Below, in pieces: positions 28,919 to 39,639 of a DNA stretch of 64,000 bases; the first letter of the stretch is position 1; each line of letters opens with the position of its first letter. Origin of the DNA: Terriglobia bacterium (GTDB lineage Bacteria > Acidobacteriota > Terriglobia > 20CM-2-55-15); NCBI GenBank assembly GCA_965198225.1, contig CBDAOY010000004.1, positions 384,001-448,000 on the forward strand. The letters run 5' to 3'. The translations under genes and the position numbers were made by a program. The notes below the pieces were generated by a model, which made no database searches, was not told where the DNA came from, and worked only from the letters and a program-made list of their open reading frames with translations.

Positions 28919-30066
28919 ATGTCTAGAGGAACGCGGTTAGATCCGGAAAAGCGGAGTCCTGAGTTCGTTGAATTCGAAAGCGGCCTTCGACAGAAGGTTG
29001 TCGGACAAGACCGTGTCATTCAGCGTGTCGCCCACATGCTGCAGGTATACCAGGCCGGAATGAGTATGCCGGGGCACCCCTTGGACCTGCTGTTCCTCGC
29101 AAGGGAAACCTGCTGTTCCTCGGCCCCACCGGCACGGGCAAGACGCGTGTCGTGGAAGCGGCCGCGGACATCCTTTTCGGAAGCCCGAGGGCGTTCATCA
29201 AGATCGACTGCGCCGAGTACCAGCATGGTCACGAGATCGCGAAGCTCATCGGCTCCCCTCCCGGGTACCTTGGACATCGCGAGACGCCACCGCTACTGAC
29301 CCAGAAAGCCCTCGATGAGCATCACACCGAGGACGCGCCGTTCGGTTTTTTGCTGTTCGACGAGATCGAAAAAGCGCACGCGTCGCTGTGGCAGTTGCTG
29401 CTCGGTATCCTCGACAAGGGGACGCTGACCTTGGGGGACAACCAGAGGGTCGACTTCTCCCGGACCGTCGTCTTCATGACTTCAAACCTGGGAGCCAAGG
29501 AGATCACGCGGTTGATGTCGGGAGGGATCGGCTTCTCGCCCGGCGGGCCCGACGAGGACGGCAACCTCGACCAGAAGATCTACAGGACCGCGCTCGAAGC
29601 TGCTCGCGGAAAGTTCTCCCCGGAGTTCATGAACCGCATCGACAAGGTGGTCGTGTTCCGCGCGTTGAACCGCGGTCACTTGCGGCGGATCGTCGATATC
29701 GAACTGCGGCAGGTGCAGGAACGGGTCATTGCGTCAGAGGCAGCTCGGCCTTTCGTCCTGCGCTGGACCGAGGATGCCAAAGACTTCCTGCTCGACGAGG
29801 GTTGGGATCGAACCTACGGTGCGCGCCATCTGAAACGCGCGATCGAGCGGCACCTGATCTTCCCGCTCTCCAGCCTGATGGCGACCGATCAGATCTATCC
29901 GGGCGACACAGTGCTGGTCCAGCTGGACGAGCGGAAGTGCAGACTCTCGTTCCGCCGCCACCCGACTTTTCACTTGATTGCGAAGGCCGCCCAGGCTTCT
30001 TCGGGTGGCGAAAGCACAACGCCTGAGCCTGAACCCGACGGTCCCGTGGACTCGATTGCGAGCTGA
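28919..30066 (+). pseudogene. Single-domain ClpA/B-like AAA+ ATPase, frameshifted by a ~20-bp insertion
   Basis: VVGQ, GPTGTGKT, KLIGSPPGY, LFDEIEKA, PEFMNRID, YGAR.LKR; ACCTGCTGTTCCTCG is duplicated at 29085 and 29108. Confidence 0.85.
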
Positions 30067-30201
30067 TATGGCCGCCATCCCCTCGTTAAGCGGAAAAGTG
30101 CCGCGAGGGAACCGATGTGAAGGGACAGGAGCCTGACCCTGCCCCCGCGTGTTCACTAAGCAGCAGAGTTGGGGAACGACAGACACCCACATACGCCGTG
30201 G

Positions 30202-30567
30202 CTACAGAAGCTTCAGCTTCGCGTAGTGTCGAAAGTCCGCATCGCGGGTAACCAGCGTCATGTTGTGGTCCAGGCAACTCTGAGCGATCAGTGCATCGGC
30301 GATGCGCGCCCTCCGTTTTTTCGCAAGGAGACGTGCCCGGAGCAAACCCGCCCGCTCCCAGTAACCGTCCAATACTTGCAATAAGGGAAGTGCCGTCAGT
30401 AGGGTCTTGAGCGCTCGCGCCAGTTCGGGATCACTGAGCAGCTCCGTCAGAACGACGGGAGGCAGGGCCGCCTGACCATGCTCCAGTGCCGCGTCGACCG
30501 CTTCAACGTCGGCTCCTGTGTCTCCCTGCAGATACGCGATCAGCGAACTCGTGTCGATCGCGATCAC
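30202..30567 (-). CDS. vapC: PIN-domain toxin
   Basis: IDTS, E in VLTEL, ADALIA, TRDADF. Confidence 0.9.
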   Translation of the reverse strand: MIAIDTSSLIAYLQGDTGADVEAVDAALEHGQAALPPVVLTELLSDPELARALKTLLTALPLLQVLDGYWERAGLLRARLLAKKRRARIADALIAQSCLDHNMTLVTRDADFRHYAKLKLL

Positions 30568-30773
30568 GTTCGGTCCTCTCGAATCGTTTCGAGTCGTAGG
30601 GAGAAACGAACTTTTCCTCGAAGTTCCCGCAGCTTTTGGGCGGCTTCCCGCGCGGCGACCAACTCCAGTCCCTTACGGATCGTCGCCGTCACCCCTTTGC
30701 CCGTCGTTTCTTGAGCTCGTTCGAGCAGGTCGTCAGGCAGCATCACTGTCACCTTTCTTTGTCGCGACGGCAT
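30564..30773 (-). CDS. vapB: Antitoxin (RHH-like)
   Basis: KVTVMLPDDLLERAQ..TGKGVTATIR; GTGA overlap with the toxin. Confidence 0.8.
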   Translation of the reverse strand: MPSRQRKVTVMLPDDLLERAQETTGKGVTATIRKGLELVAAREAAQKLRELRGKVRFSLRLETIREDRT

Positions 30774-30796
30774 ATCCGATGATACCAGCATTGATA

Positions 30797-30812
30797 CCGT
30801 ATGGATATACGG
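30797..30812. promoter_or_regulatory. Candidate vapBC operator
   Basis: CCGTAT-N4-ATACGG palindrome 24 bp upstream of vapB. Confidence 0.5.
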
Positions 30813-30832
30813 CATTCTGTACGCATTATCGC

Positions 30833-31126
30833 TCTATCGTGCAGGTCCTGAACAACATCCTGCTGTTCGGCATGACGCCCCAGGACCCGATCGATGCTCC
30901 CCGGCTGGGCCGGATGCCGGACGGCACTCTGGCGATCGAGGATCGGGTGTCGCAGGATGTGCTGGACGCTTTGAGGGCACCTGGATACAACGTGGATCCG
31001 CGCAGCGGTTGGGCCGCGACCTTCGGGGGTGAGCAGGCCATTCTGGTTCGACCAGTCGACCGCTGTCATGCCCTCGGGAGCCGACCACCGGCGGGAGGGA
31101 TACACGCCGGCGTATTGAGGACGTAG
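30833..31126 (+). pseudogene. Gamma-glutamyltransferase C-terminal remnant
   Basis: VQVL.N...FGM.PQ..IDAPR, FGG.QAI, followed by a frameshifted GAD.RR.G tail. Confidence 0.7.
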
Positions 31127-31147
31127 GCCGTCGTCCGTAGGCCGTTC

Positions 31148-31217
31148 GTGTAGGTGCGGTCTATGACCGCACGTTCTTCGAGCCGACACGATGTGCGCTC
31201 ATAGAGCGCACGTACAC
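31148..31217. repeat. REP doublet
   Basis: Matches the family consensus. Confidence 0.9.
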
Positions 31218-31227
31218 TTGCTGAGGC

Positions 31228-32232
31228 TTACTTCTGTCCCAGAATCTTCGCCCGCAGCTTCTCGACCTGCGTTCGGGCATCCCCTTCGGGATTCTCTTCC
31301 AGGTACGCGTCCAACTGTTCCATGACTTGGCCGAATTGACGCCGCTTCAGGTAGATGTTTGCGAGCAGCAGGCGGATCATTCCGGAATCCGACAACTCCT
31401 GCGCCCGCAGAACTGCCACCTCCGCTTCGTCGAGCCGGCCCAGCCTGTGGTACGCCAGTCCGAGGTTGATGAACGCGTCGGCCGGGGGCGGACTCATAGC
31501 CGAAGCTTCACGCAGTATGCTGGCCGCAGATTCGTTGTCATCCCGGATCAGATAGATGGTGCCGAGATTGATCAGTGGCAGGGCACGGTTCGGGGACAGC
31601 GACCGGGCGGTGTTGTATTGCTGTTCGGCTTCATCGAGTCGGCCTTCATCCTGGTAGAGAACGCCCAAGTCGAGTTGGGCGTCATAGTAGTCGGGCGCGA
31701 GTCGGACGGCTTCTTCCAGGTGTTCGATGGCACCGTCGAGCCTGCCCCGATGCTTGTCCCGCAGCCCCTCGTCGAACGATTCGAGCGCCTCTTTCGGAAA
31801 ATTCTGACGGAATTGACTGACGTCGATCGTGGGATCGTTGGCTGTGACGAAGGTCCGCTTCCCGACTTCCATCGGTCACAGACGAACGCGCATGCCAATC
31901 TGTTGCTTGCCCTCCGCGTGCACGGTTCGGCGCACTGGCGCGAAACCTTCGTGGTTGATTACCACCTGGTGCATTCCCGGTCGCACGTCAAGAAAGTCGA
32001 ATCGTCCAGACGAATCGGTCACTGTGCGGAAGAGGAACCCGAATTCTTCCAGGACCACCGGGACATTCCCCAACGGCGATCCGTGTTCGGTCAGTACCTG
32101 GCCGCTGAGCCACCTGTACTGCTGATCCTGTGCGACAGAGGGAATCGTCATCAGCGAAACCAACGTGACGATCAGCGCGGCATGTCGCTTGAAGGTTCGA
32201 GCCCGATGAGGGCTCGTGTCGTGATATTTCAT
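31228..32232 (-). pseudogene. Exported carboxypeptidase-regulatory-like + TPR protein, split by an in-frame TGA (31876-31878)
   Basis: ORFs 31876-32232 and 31228-31872 are in the same frame and collinear with the paralog at 32584 (IDVSQF..NFP.EA). Confidence 0.8.
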
Positions 32233-32583
32233 CGCTAAGCTCCAGACTGCTTTCCGGATTCTCCGGGGGTGAACGCACACGCGATTCCGTGAGTTTCAAA
32301 TCACGCCGATTCCGTGATTCAGACGCGATCCGTTTTGGATCGTGTGATTGCAGTGACTGGGTTAGGTCGCTCCGCGTTACCAACGCTTGCAAGAAGTTAC
32401 AATTTCACTAGGAGGCCTATCTTCAGGGAGCGAAGCGCAAGTCGTTCATGAAGAGGCGTTAGTCGAGAATCTGGTTGGCGGGCACACGAAAGGTATATCA
32501 GGTGAGTGCAGGATGGACGCACAAAACAGGTTGCGCGGAGTCTATCGGGTCGGATCTGTCGGAGAGAAAAGGACGCCCCTAGT

Positions 32584-33594
32584 TCAGTTGCGCGGTCGGT
32601 CGAGCGTTCCCTTGAGAAGCTCGGACCGCAGACGTGCGGCCCATTCGCGCCCATCACCATCAGGGCCTTCTCGAAGATACCCATCGAGCTGTTTCAGGAG
32701 CCGCTCGTGCTCTCCGGTCCGAAGGTAGACGTTGGCCAGCATGAGGCGCACTGACGGTAATTCTGGATCGAGATTTCGTGCCTGAAGCAGCGCTGTCTCC
32801 GCTTCCTCCAGCCGGTTCGATCGAAACAGGGCGAGACCGAGATTGTAGAAGGCGGGCGGTGGCGGTGGCGTGATCCGTGTCGCCTCCCGGAGGATCCCGA
32901 TTGCGTCCCTGTTGCGTCCCTGTTTCAGGTAAAGGCTGCCCAGGTTGATGAGCGGCCGGGGATGGTGTCGGGTCAGCGACAGGGCGGCCAGATACTCCTG
33001 CTCCGCCTCTTCGAGCGAGTCGTTTTCGTGGTAGAGCAGCGCGAGGTTGACGTGTGCATCAAAAAAGCGGGGTGCGAGGGCGACAGCCTTCTTCAGGTGT
33101 TCAATCGCCTCTTCCGGGCGGCCCTGCCGGCTGGATTCGACGCCTTTTCTGTAGTGCTTGGTGGCTTCATCGGGGAAGTTCTCCACGAACTGGCTGACGT
33201 CGATGACGAGGCTGTCCGGAGTCGGTTCGGGACTGCGGCGGCGGAGAGAGCGCAGTATGATGCGTGTCGGAGCAAACCCATCCGCCACGATTGTTTCATG
33301 TTGGTAGCCCGTCGCGTCGACGGCGATGCGGTGTCGTCGGCCTCTTCCCACCCCGAAGAACTCGAATCGCCCAAAGGTATCGGTCAACGTCGTTCTCGGG
33401 GGAACGCCCTCGAAGCGAACTTCGATGTGAGAAACGGGTTCGCCGTGCTCGTCGACGACCTCCCCTCTCAGCCAGTCGGCCTGGCCGAGGACGGAAGCTG
33501 GAGCCAGGAGATAGGAGCAGACGATCGGTGCGATGGCGAACAAGGCCAGCCTCAGGCTGGGGTGAAGGGGCCTTTTTTTCCGGTGATCGTGCAT
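32584..33594 (-). CDS. Exported carboxypeptidase-regulatory-like + TPR protein
   Basis: LRGEVVD..G.PV, TD..GRF; TPR helices; PPP.AFYNLG. Confidence 0.85.
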   Translation of the reverse strand: MHDHRKKRPLHPSLRLALFAIAPIVCSYLLAPASVLGQADWLRGEVVDEHGEPVSHIEVRFEGVPPRTTLTDTFGRFEFFGVGRGRRHRIAVDATGYQHETIVADGFAPTRIILRSLRRRSPEPTPDSLVIDVSQFVENFPDEATKHYRKGVESSRQGRPEEAIEHLKKAVALAPRFFDAHVNLALLYHENDSLEEAEQEYLAALSLTRHHPRPLINLGSLYLKQGRNRDAIGILREATRITPPPPPAFYNLGLALFRSNRLEEAETALLQARNLDPELPSVRLMLANVYLRTGEHERLLKQLDGYLREGPDGDGREWAARLRSELLKGTLDRPRN

Positions 33595-33642
33595 CGCGTT
33601 TTCTCCGGCAAATGTGTCTGGATTGTTCTCGATTCTTGAGAG

Positions 33643-33657
33643 GCAAGCCGTGTACCA
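33643..33657 (-). promoter_or_regulatory. Candidate sigma54 promoter
   Basis: TGGTAC-ACGGC-TTGC (GG-N10-GC). Confidence 0.5.
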
Positions 33658-33761
33658 AAACACCGAAATCGCATTACAAGCGGTGTAACCGTTTCGTTTC
33701 AGCATGATCGGGGTGAAGGGGGGTGGTGAGCGTGATGGGGCGCAGGCTGTTTCGGGACGGG

Positions 33762-34036
33762 CTAGTGACCTGTAACAGTGCTATCGGTACCAGCGTTCGG
33801 CGGAACGGCGTCGGATTCTAGGAGTGACGCTCGAGCCAATGCTGTTTCATTGCGAGGGCGTTACAACACCGAAGACGGCGCCGTTGGGCCGAACCCTTCG
33901 GGCCGATGGGGGTTGCGGGCGATCTCTTTGTCGGAAGCCGTCACCGATGAAAGAGCATCGCTTTCCGTCTCACTCCTCGACCTCGCCCGCAAGACCCATC
34001 GGCGATGGTGCCGATAGCCCTGTTACAGGCCACTAG
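33762..34036. mobile_element. 275-bp MITE, CTAG-flanked
   Basis: About 30-bp TIR CTAGTG(A/G)CCTGTAACAG(T/G)GCTATCGG(T/C)ACCA; near-identical inverted copy at 47310. Confidence 0.85.
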
Positions 34037-34821
34037 TTGTTCCGGGGTCCGGATGACGGAGTGTTGGGGAGCGTACTCAGGATCTGTGAGCGCAAGCGCT
34101 CGGCCCATTCGCGGTCCTTGCCGGTTGGATTGGTTGCCAGGTACGAATCGAGCAGTTTCATCAACCGTTGCTGGTCGCCCATAGTCAGGTAGATACGAGC
34201 CAGCATCGAAGAGGCTTGAGGCGACAGCGAGGGATCCAGTTCCAGGGCGCGAAGCAGAGCCTGTTCCGCCCCAGCAAGTTCGCGCAATCGGAACAGTGCA
34301 AGCCCCAGGTTGTAGAAAGCCACAGGTGGGGGCGGGGTCATCGCGATGGCCTCCCGCAGTATTTCGACAGCCTTTCTGTTCTGGTCGCGCATCAGGTACA
34401 CACTCGCAAGATTGACCGTCGGCATTCGGTAGTCTCCGGTCAGGCTTCGTGCGAGCACGTACTCCCGCTCGGCTTCGTCCAGCATCCCACTCGTCTGGTA
34501 GACCATCCCCAGGTACATGTGAGCAGCGCCAAACTTGGGCGCCCTCTGGGTGGCTGCCTCGAAATGCCGGATGGCGCTCCGGCTCCTGCCTTTGGCCAGG
34601 GCCGTGAGACCTTGTTCGTAGTGATCGATCTCGGAATTCGGGATGAGCTTCGGGACGTGATTCAGATCGCGGACGAGGTCGCCGGGCTTCGGGCGCGACT
34701 CGTCGTGAGGCGCTGCGGCCAGAGTCGCCGTCGTCAGACATGCCAGGAGGAGTGACGCCAAAATGAAGTGCCAACCGACGCCGGTGCTGAGCTGCCAGGC
34801 TTTTCGTCCTTGAGTGGGCAT
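34033..34821 (-). CDS. Exported TPR protein
   Basis: Signal peptide; TPRs homologous to the two downstream paralogs. Confidence 0.85.
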   Translation of the reverse strand: MPTQGRKAWQLSTGVGWHFILASLLLACLTTATLAAAPHDESRPKPGDLVRDLNHVPKLIPNSEIDHYEQGLTALAKGRSRSAIRHFEAATQRAPKFGAAHMYLGMVYQTSGMLDEAEREYVLARSLTGDYRMPTVNLASVYLMRDQNRKAVEILREAIAMTPPPPVAFYNLGLALFRLRELAGAEQALLRALELDPSLSPQASSMLARIYLTMGDQQRLMKLLDSYLATNPTGKDREWAERLRSQILSTLPNTPSSGPRNN

Positions 34822-34867
34822 GGCGTTCCTCCTTGAACCTGGAATTTCCTATTTCCAAGCTACTGCC

Positions 34868-34883
34868 TGCAGCTTGCGAGCCA
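34868..34883 (-). promoter_or_regulatory. Candidate sigma54 promoter
   Basis: TGGCTCG-CAAG-CTGCA (GG-N10-GC). Confidence 0.45.
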
Positions 34884-35097
34884 ACCGGACCGGTCGGGTG
34901 GGAAAACGGGTCAAAGCTATTGATAGGAAGGGAGAAGGGGCGGTGGCGGATCGGTGTCCGCCTTCCCGAAATAGTGTCAATTGGTTGACATTGACGAGTA
35001 AGAGTCGCGGACGAGCGGCTTAATCCACCGAGTTGTTGGACCAGGAGACCTCAAATTGGGAATTGGAGATTGGAGATTGAATCAGGGTGATTGCCGC

Positions 35098-37737
35098 TCA
35101 CTCGTGGCGGAGCGAGGTCAACGGGTCCACTTTCGAGGCATGGACGGCGGGCAGCAGACTGGCCGCGATTGTAACGATTCCCAGCAACCCTCCGACGGTC
35201 GCGAGCATCGCCGGATCTGTCGGGCTCACTCCGAATAGCCTGTTTTCCAGGAATCGTGCGAACAACGCTCCGGCCGGCAATCCCGCGAGGAGCCCAATCC
35301 CCGTCATTCGCAATCCGACGGCGAGGATCGACCTCATGATGGTACCGGGCCGCGCCCCGAGTGCGAGGCGCACTCCGATTTCGCGTGTCCGAGCGCGCAC
35401 CCAGTAGGAGACGACGCCGAAGACTCCGATCATCCCCATGAACAGCGCCAGGCCGGCAAAGATCGCCAGCAGGGTGGTCACGTTCCGGGAGTCCGACGTT
35501 GAGAGCTCGATCACGGTGCGCATAGACGAGATGAAAGAGATCGGCACCTGCTCGTCGACCGACCATATTGCGTTCTTCACGCCCTCGATGGCTGTCATCG
35601 GATCCGATCGGGTGCGGAGCGTGAGGAAGAAACCCTGCATGCCCTCCTGACTCAGGGGCCGGTAGATTTCCGGGCTGCTTTCAAGATGGAGTCCGACCTG
35701 GCGGATATCCCCGACGACGCCGACGACCGTGAACCACGGATCGCCTTCCCAGTGAAACAGCTTGCCGATCGGATCGCTTCCGGGCCAGAGCTGTCGTCGG
35801 AGAGCGGCATTGATCACCGCTACCGGTGCAGATGCGTTTCGATCCCCCTCGTCGAGCATGCGGCCTTCGAGCAGGGGGATCCCCATCGTAGGAAAATAGT
35901 CCGGCGTGACCACCCGGTAGTTCGCGTTCGGGATCGTCCCTCCCGGCGGGATCGGGTTGTCCTCGGCCATGAACGCGACACGCATGTTGCCGGGTCTCAG
36001 CGGAAGCAGGTTCGTGGCTCCGACTGAGACGATGCCTGGCACCGACAACACCTGCTCGCGGATCTGGCGGTAGTAACCCGCCTGCTGGGCGCCGTCTCCG
36101 TAGCGAGCCTCGGACGGGGTCAACCGTAGCGTGAGGAGGTTTTCGGGGTTGAAGCCCGCGTCGACCTGCTGGAGTTGCCACGAACTCTTGACCATCAGGC
36201 CCGCGCCCACGACGAGGACGACCGACAGCGCGATCTGGGCTATCACCAGCATTCCGTTCAGACGAGGCCGTCCGGGGGTGTATCCACCACCGCGGTAGCG
36301 GAGCGTGTCATCCTTAATGCGCGTCGTCCATAGAGCCGGGACAAGTCCGAACATCAGGGTCGATAGGAGTGAAAGGCCCACCGTAAACCAGAGGACGGTG
36401 CCATCCACTTCGAGGTCTGGCGCGATGCCACCGGCAATGGATGCCGAGAGCGTGCCTGGAAGCCAGGCGGAGAGCGCCGGTGGAAGCCAGCCCGCCAGGA
36501 GTAGACCAGCTCCGCCTCCCAGGATTCCGAGAATGGCGCTCTCGGTCATCAGTTGGCGCACGATACGGGCGCGACCGGCGCCCAACGCAGCCCGTATGGC
36601 GATCTCCCGAGTTCGTGTCGTGCTTCGAGCCAGCAGCAGGCCGGCGACATTCGTGCAGGCGATCATCAGAACGAGCCCGACCGCGCCGAGCAGGAGCAAC
36701 AGCGTGGGCCGAACGTTGCCCACCTCGACCTCGTTGAGCGAAGCCGCTCCAGGGTTTTCGATGAAGTCCCGGGAGTAGTAGGCGGGATGCCTCGCTCGGA
36801 TCGCGGGAGCGACGCGCCGTATATCTTCTGCGGCCTGCTCGAGGGAAACGCCCGTCGACAGGCGTCCGACCATTCCCAGATAGTGGTTGTCGAAGTAGAG
36901 TTCGCCTTCGGCCTCGTCCGTCACCAGCGGTACCCAGAGACTGGCGCCGCGAACGAGCGGTCGATGGTCGGCCGGCAGGACTCCTATGATGGTCCGGCGC
37001 ACGGCGTCGGCCCCATCCAATTCCACACTTCTGCCGACGATGTTGGAGTCGCCACCGAAACGCCGCTGCCATAGGCCATGGCTGATTATGGCTACCGGCT
37101 CCGCGCCTCTTCGGCGCTCCTCGGGCAGGAAGTCCCGTCCGCGCACCGGGCGTGTCCCGAGCACTGTCAAGTGGCTTGGCAGGACGGTCATCCCGACCAA
37201 CTCTTCGGCTTCGCTCATGCCCGTCAGGGCGAATCGCCTGCCGGCGTAGGCCGAAAGCGCATCAAACCTGGTGAGCTCTTCTTCCAGACCGACGACGATC
37301 GCCTTGCTCAGGTTCGCCTCCGGCCAGATCCGAACCAACTCCTGCGACGCCGGGTAGGGCAACCCCCGGAGTACGAGTTCGTTCAGGAGACTGAAGATAG
37401 CCGTATTACAACCGATTCCAAGGGCGAGCGTGAGAACCACAACGGTCGTGAATCCCGGGTTCTTCGCCAGGACACGGACCCCATAGCGCATGTCCTGGAA
37501 GAGTCGGTCGATCTGCGGGATCCCGCGCCGGTCTCGATGGCTTTCTTTGATCTGCTCGATTCCACCCAGGCTGCGACGCGCGGCGTAGCGTGCCTCTTCC
37601 GGATTCATTCCGTGATCCAGGTTTTCCTGGATCTCCATTTCCAAATGGAACCGGAGTTCCTCCTCCAGAATCCGGTCGTGGCGTCGATTCCGAACGAAGC
37701 CCCACAGGCGGGAAAGCATGGTTCGAAGCGCCGTCAT
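35098..37737 (-). CDS. ADOP-family duplicated ABC permease with permease-prefix domain
   Basis: LEEELRFHLE..EEARYAARR.LG, QDMRYGVR..KNPGFT, EIGVRLALGA. Confidence 0.92.
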   Translation of the reverse strand: MTALRTMLSRLWGFVRNRRHDRILEEELRFHLEMEIQENLDHGMNPEEARYAARRSLGGIEQIKESHRDRRGIPQIDRLFQDMRYGVRVLAKNPGFTTVVVLTLALGIGCNTAIFSLLNELVLRGLPYPASQELVRIWPEANLSKAIVVGLEEELTRFDALSAYAGRRFALTGMSEAEELVGMTVLPSHLTVLGTRPVRGRDFLPEERRRGAEPVAIISHGLWQRRFGGDSNIVGRSVELDGADAVRRTIIGVLPADHRPLVRGASLWVPLVTDEAEGELYFDNHYLGMVGRLSTGVSLEQAAEDIRRVAPAIRARHPAYYSRDFIENPGAASLNEVEVGNVRPTLLLLLGAVGLVLMIACTNVAGLLLARSTTRTREIAIRAALGAGRARIVRQLMTESAILGILGGGAGLLLAGWLPPALSAWLPGTLSASIAGGIAPDLEVDGTVLWFTVGLSLLSTLMFGLVPALWTTRIKDDTLRYRGGGYTPGRPRLNGMLVIAQIALSVVLVVGAGLMVKSSWQLQQVDAGFNPENLLTLRLTPSEARYGDGAQQAGYYRQIREQVLSVPGIVSVGATNLLPLRPGNMRVAFMAEDNPIPPGGTIPNANYRVVTPDYFPTMGIPLLEGRMLDEGDRNASAPVAVINAALRRQLWPGSDPIGKLFHWEGDPWFTVVGVVGDIRQVGLHLESSPEIYRPLSQEGMQGFFLTLRTRSDPMTAIEGVKNAIWSVDEQVPISFISSMRTVIELSTSDSRNVTTLLAIFAGLALFMGMIGVFGVVSYWVRARTREIGVRLALGARPGTIMRSILAVGLRMTGIGLLAGLPAGALFARFLENRLFGVSPTDPAMLATVGGLLGIVTIAASLLPAVHASKVDPLTSLRHE

Positions 37738-37787
37738 CTGCCCTCTGTCCTTCTCGAACACGGCCAAGCTGGCCGGTCACAGTCCTC

Positions 37788-37832
37788 TTGACAATCAAAA
37801 GGAGAATACGGTTGGCCCTTTTTGATTGTCAA
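37788..37832 (-). promoter_or_regulatory. Sigma70-like promoter embedded in an inverted repeat
   Basis: TTGACA-N18-TATTCT on the minus strand; 13-bp IR TTGACAATCAAAA. Confidence 0.6.
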
Positions 37833-37955
37833 CAGGAAAGAATCCCCATGCGAGTCTTCACTCGAGCCAAGACACTGATTAAACAGCACCTGTGGCTGTT
37901 GCAAGATAGGAACTGTCGAGACTGTCCCTATTTCATGTCGCTATTGTTCAACGTG

Positions 37956-38609
37956 TTAGCGCAGTAGGCGGCTACTGTTCCAGCGGATGTCGGCAGGCCG
38001 GTAGCGGTTGTGGATGTTGAGCTTCTTGATGCGGTAGGCTAGCGTTGTGGGTCGCAGACCGAGTCGGACGGCTGCACCGAGGTCGCCGTAGATACGCCCT
38101 TTGGCCTCTTCCAGGGCGCGGAGAATGATGTCGCGCTCCAGACGCTCCAGATCCCCCAGTGTCAGGTTCTCGGGAAGTGATCCCTCCGCGACGTCGCCAT
38201 CGGTTCCGGGTTGCGGGGAAGGAGGTTCGGCCAGGCGCCCGTCTTCCTCGAAGCCCAGGGGGCCACCGGCCGAGTGGATGAGGGCGCGCTCGATCGCGTT
38301 CTGCAGTTCGCGCACGTTGCCGGGCCAGGTCTGGGACTCGAGATGCCGGATGTTTGCACGGGTCAGTTGGACTTCCGGAAAGCCGTTTCGTCGGCAGGAT
38401 TCGTCCAGGAAGTGGCGCGCGAGCACGGGAACGTCTTCGATCCGGTCGCGTAGCGGCGGGACTTCGACGCGGAACACACTCAGCCTGTAATAGAGGTCTT
38501 CCCGGAAGCGTCCTTCCCGTGCATCGGCCGCGAGATTGCGGTTCGTCGCCGCGATGATGCGGACGTCGGTCCTCCGCGTGAAGCTTTCGCCCACCCGTTC
38601 GAACTGGCC
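37956..38609 (-). pseudogene. Sigma54-dependent activator, C-terminal fragment
   Basis: FERVG..DVRIIAATNR, FREDLYYRL, WPGNVREL, Fis-type HTH; Walker A and GAFTGA are missing. Confidence 0.85.
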
Positions 38610-38887
38610 CCGGACCCTACAAGCACGTCCGGCATCCCCTCTATGTCGGGTGGCTGATTACCTTCTGGGTGACGCCCACCATGACCGGGGCTCACCTTCT
38701 GTTCGCCGTTGCGACCACCGCGTACATCCTGATCGCAATCCAGCTCGAAGAGAAGGATCTAGTCTACTACCTCGGTGACCGCTATGAGACCTACAGGCAG
38801 ACCGTGCCGATGATCATCCCCAGCCTTACGGCGAAGCGGATGGAGGCGGCGGATGAGGGTCGGGCCAAGGCGGCGTCGGGCGATTAG
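38609..38887 (+). pseudogene. Methanethiol S-methyltransferase (MddA/ICMT-like) C-terminal fragment
   Basis: PGPYKHVRHPLYVGWLITFW.TPTMT..HLLFA..TT.YI.IAIQLEE.DL...Y..YR..VPM. Confidence 0.75.
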
Positions 38888-38909
38888 GGTCGCCAGAGAC
38901 CTGAAGAAG

Positions 38910-38978
38910 GTGTAGGTGCGGTCTATGACCGCACACTTGTCGGACCGAAACACGTGCGCTCATGGAACGCACCTGCAC
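38910..38978. repeat. REP doublet
   Basis: Consensus hairpin A with a degenerate B. Confidence 0.85.
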
Positions 38979-39100
38979 CCACCTGCCCGCTTCGCCTGAC
39001 CGGATCAAGAAAGAGATCTCCCTGAAATCCTTCTCCCCCTATTTTCTCCGTTCCCATCTGCCGATACAGCAGTTGAAAGACCAGTTTAAGGGGGGACAGA

Positions 39101-39517
39101 ATGATGAAGCGTTTGCTTCCGATCGTGATGTTGCTTTTCGGAGCGCCCCTCTTCGCACAACCACGAGTTCTGATCGACAACCGCACCGATCATGACGTGG
39201 ACACCGGGCGTGTCCGCCGAATGGCTGCTGAAGCTCTTGTCAACGCAACCGTTAACGAACCCGTTATTGTCGTTCACCTCTGGCCAAGGAAGGCGCTCCG
39301 ATCGATGACCGGCGGAAAATTAGATTCATTTTTCGTCGGCCCGAATCATGTTTTCATGCACGACGTCGACTACCTGGCTCTCGTCCACGGTATGTTGCTC
39401 GTGATGTTTCCCGACGAAGATGTCGAGGAAATCGAACGCCGGGGTCGCCGCATCTGGCTGATGGAAGAGCTGGTGGTGCGGGTGGACACGCTTCAAACTG
39501 CCGCCGGATCGCGCTAG
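39101..39517 (+). CDS. Hypothetical exported protein
   Basis: Signal peptide MKRLLPIVMLLFGAPLFA; purine-rich RBS. Confidence 0.65.
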   Translation: MMKRLLPIVMLLFGAPLFAQPRVLIDNRTDHDVDTGRVRRMAAEALVNATVNEPVIVVHLWPRKALRSMTGGKLDSFFVGPNHVFMHDVDYLALVHGMLLVMFPDEDVEEIERRGRRIWLMEELVVRVDTLQTAAGSR

Positions 39518-39639
39518 CAGCTCGACAACAAACCAAGGTTCATCTTAGATTCGCAATTGGAGATCGAGGACGAGGCCAATCCAAAAGCTCGATCTCCAAT
39601 CTCGAATTCCCATTGCGTCGTCTCGCCCGATCCGGGTTC

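Noticed and set aside
31876-31878. Selenocysteine read-through of the in-frame TGA
   Set aside because: The paralog has Arg-rich linker sequence here rather than Cys, and no SECIS is evident. A CGA-to-TGA nonsense change is simpler.
33778-34036. Short ORFs within the MITE copies
   Set aside because: They vary in length between copies and carry no transposase motifs.
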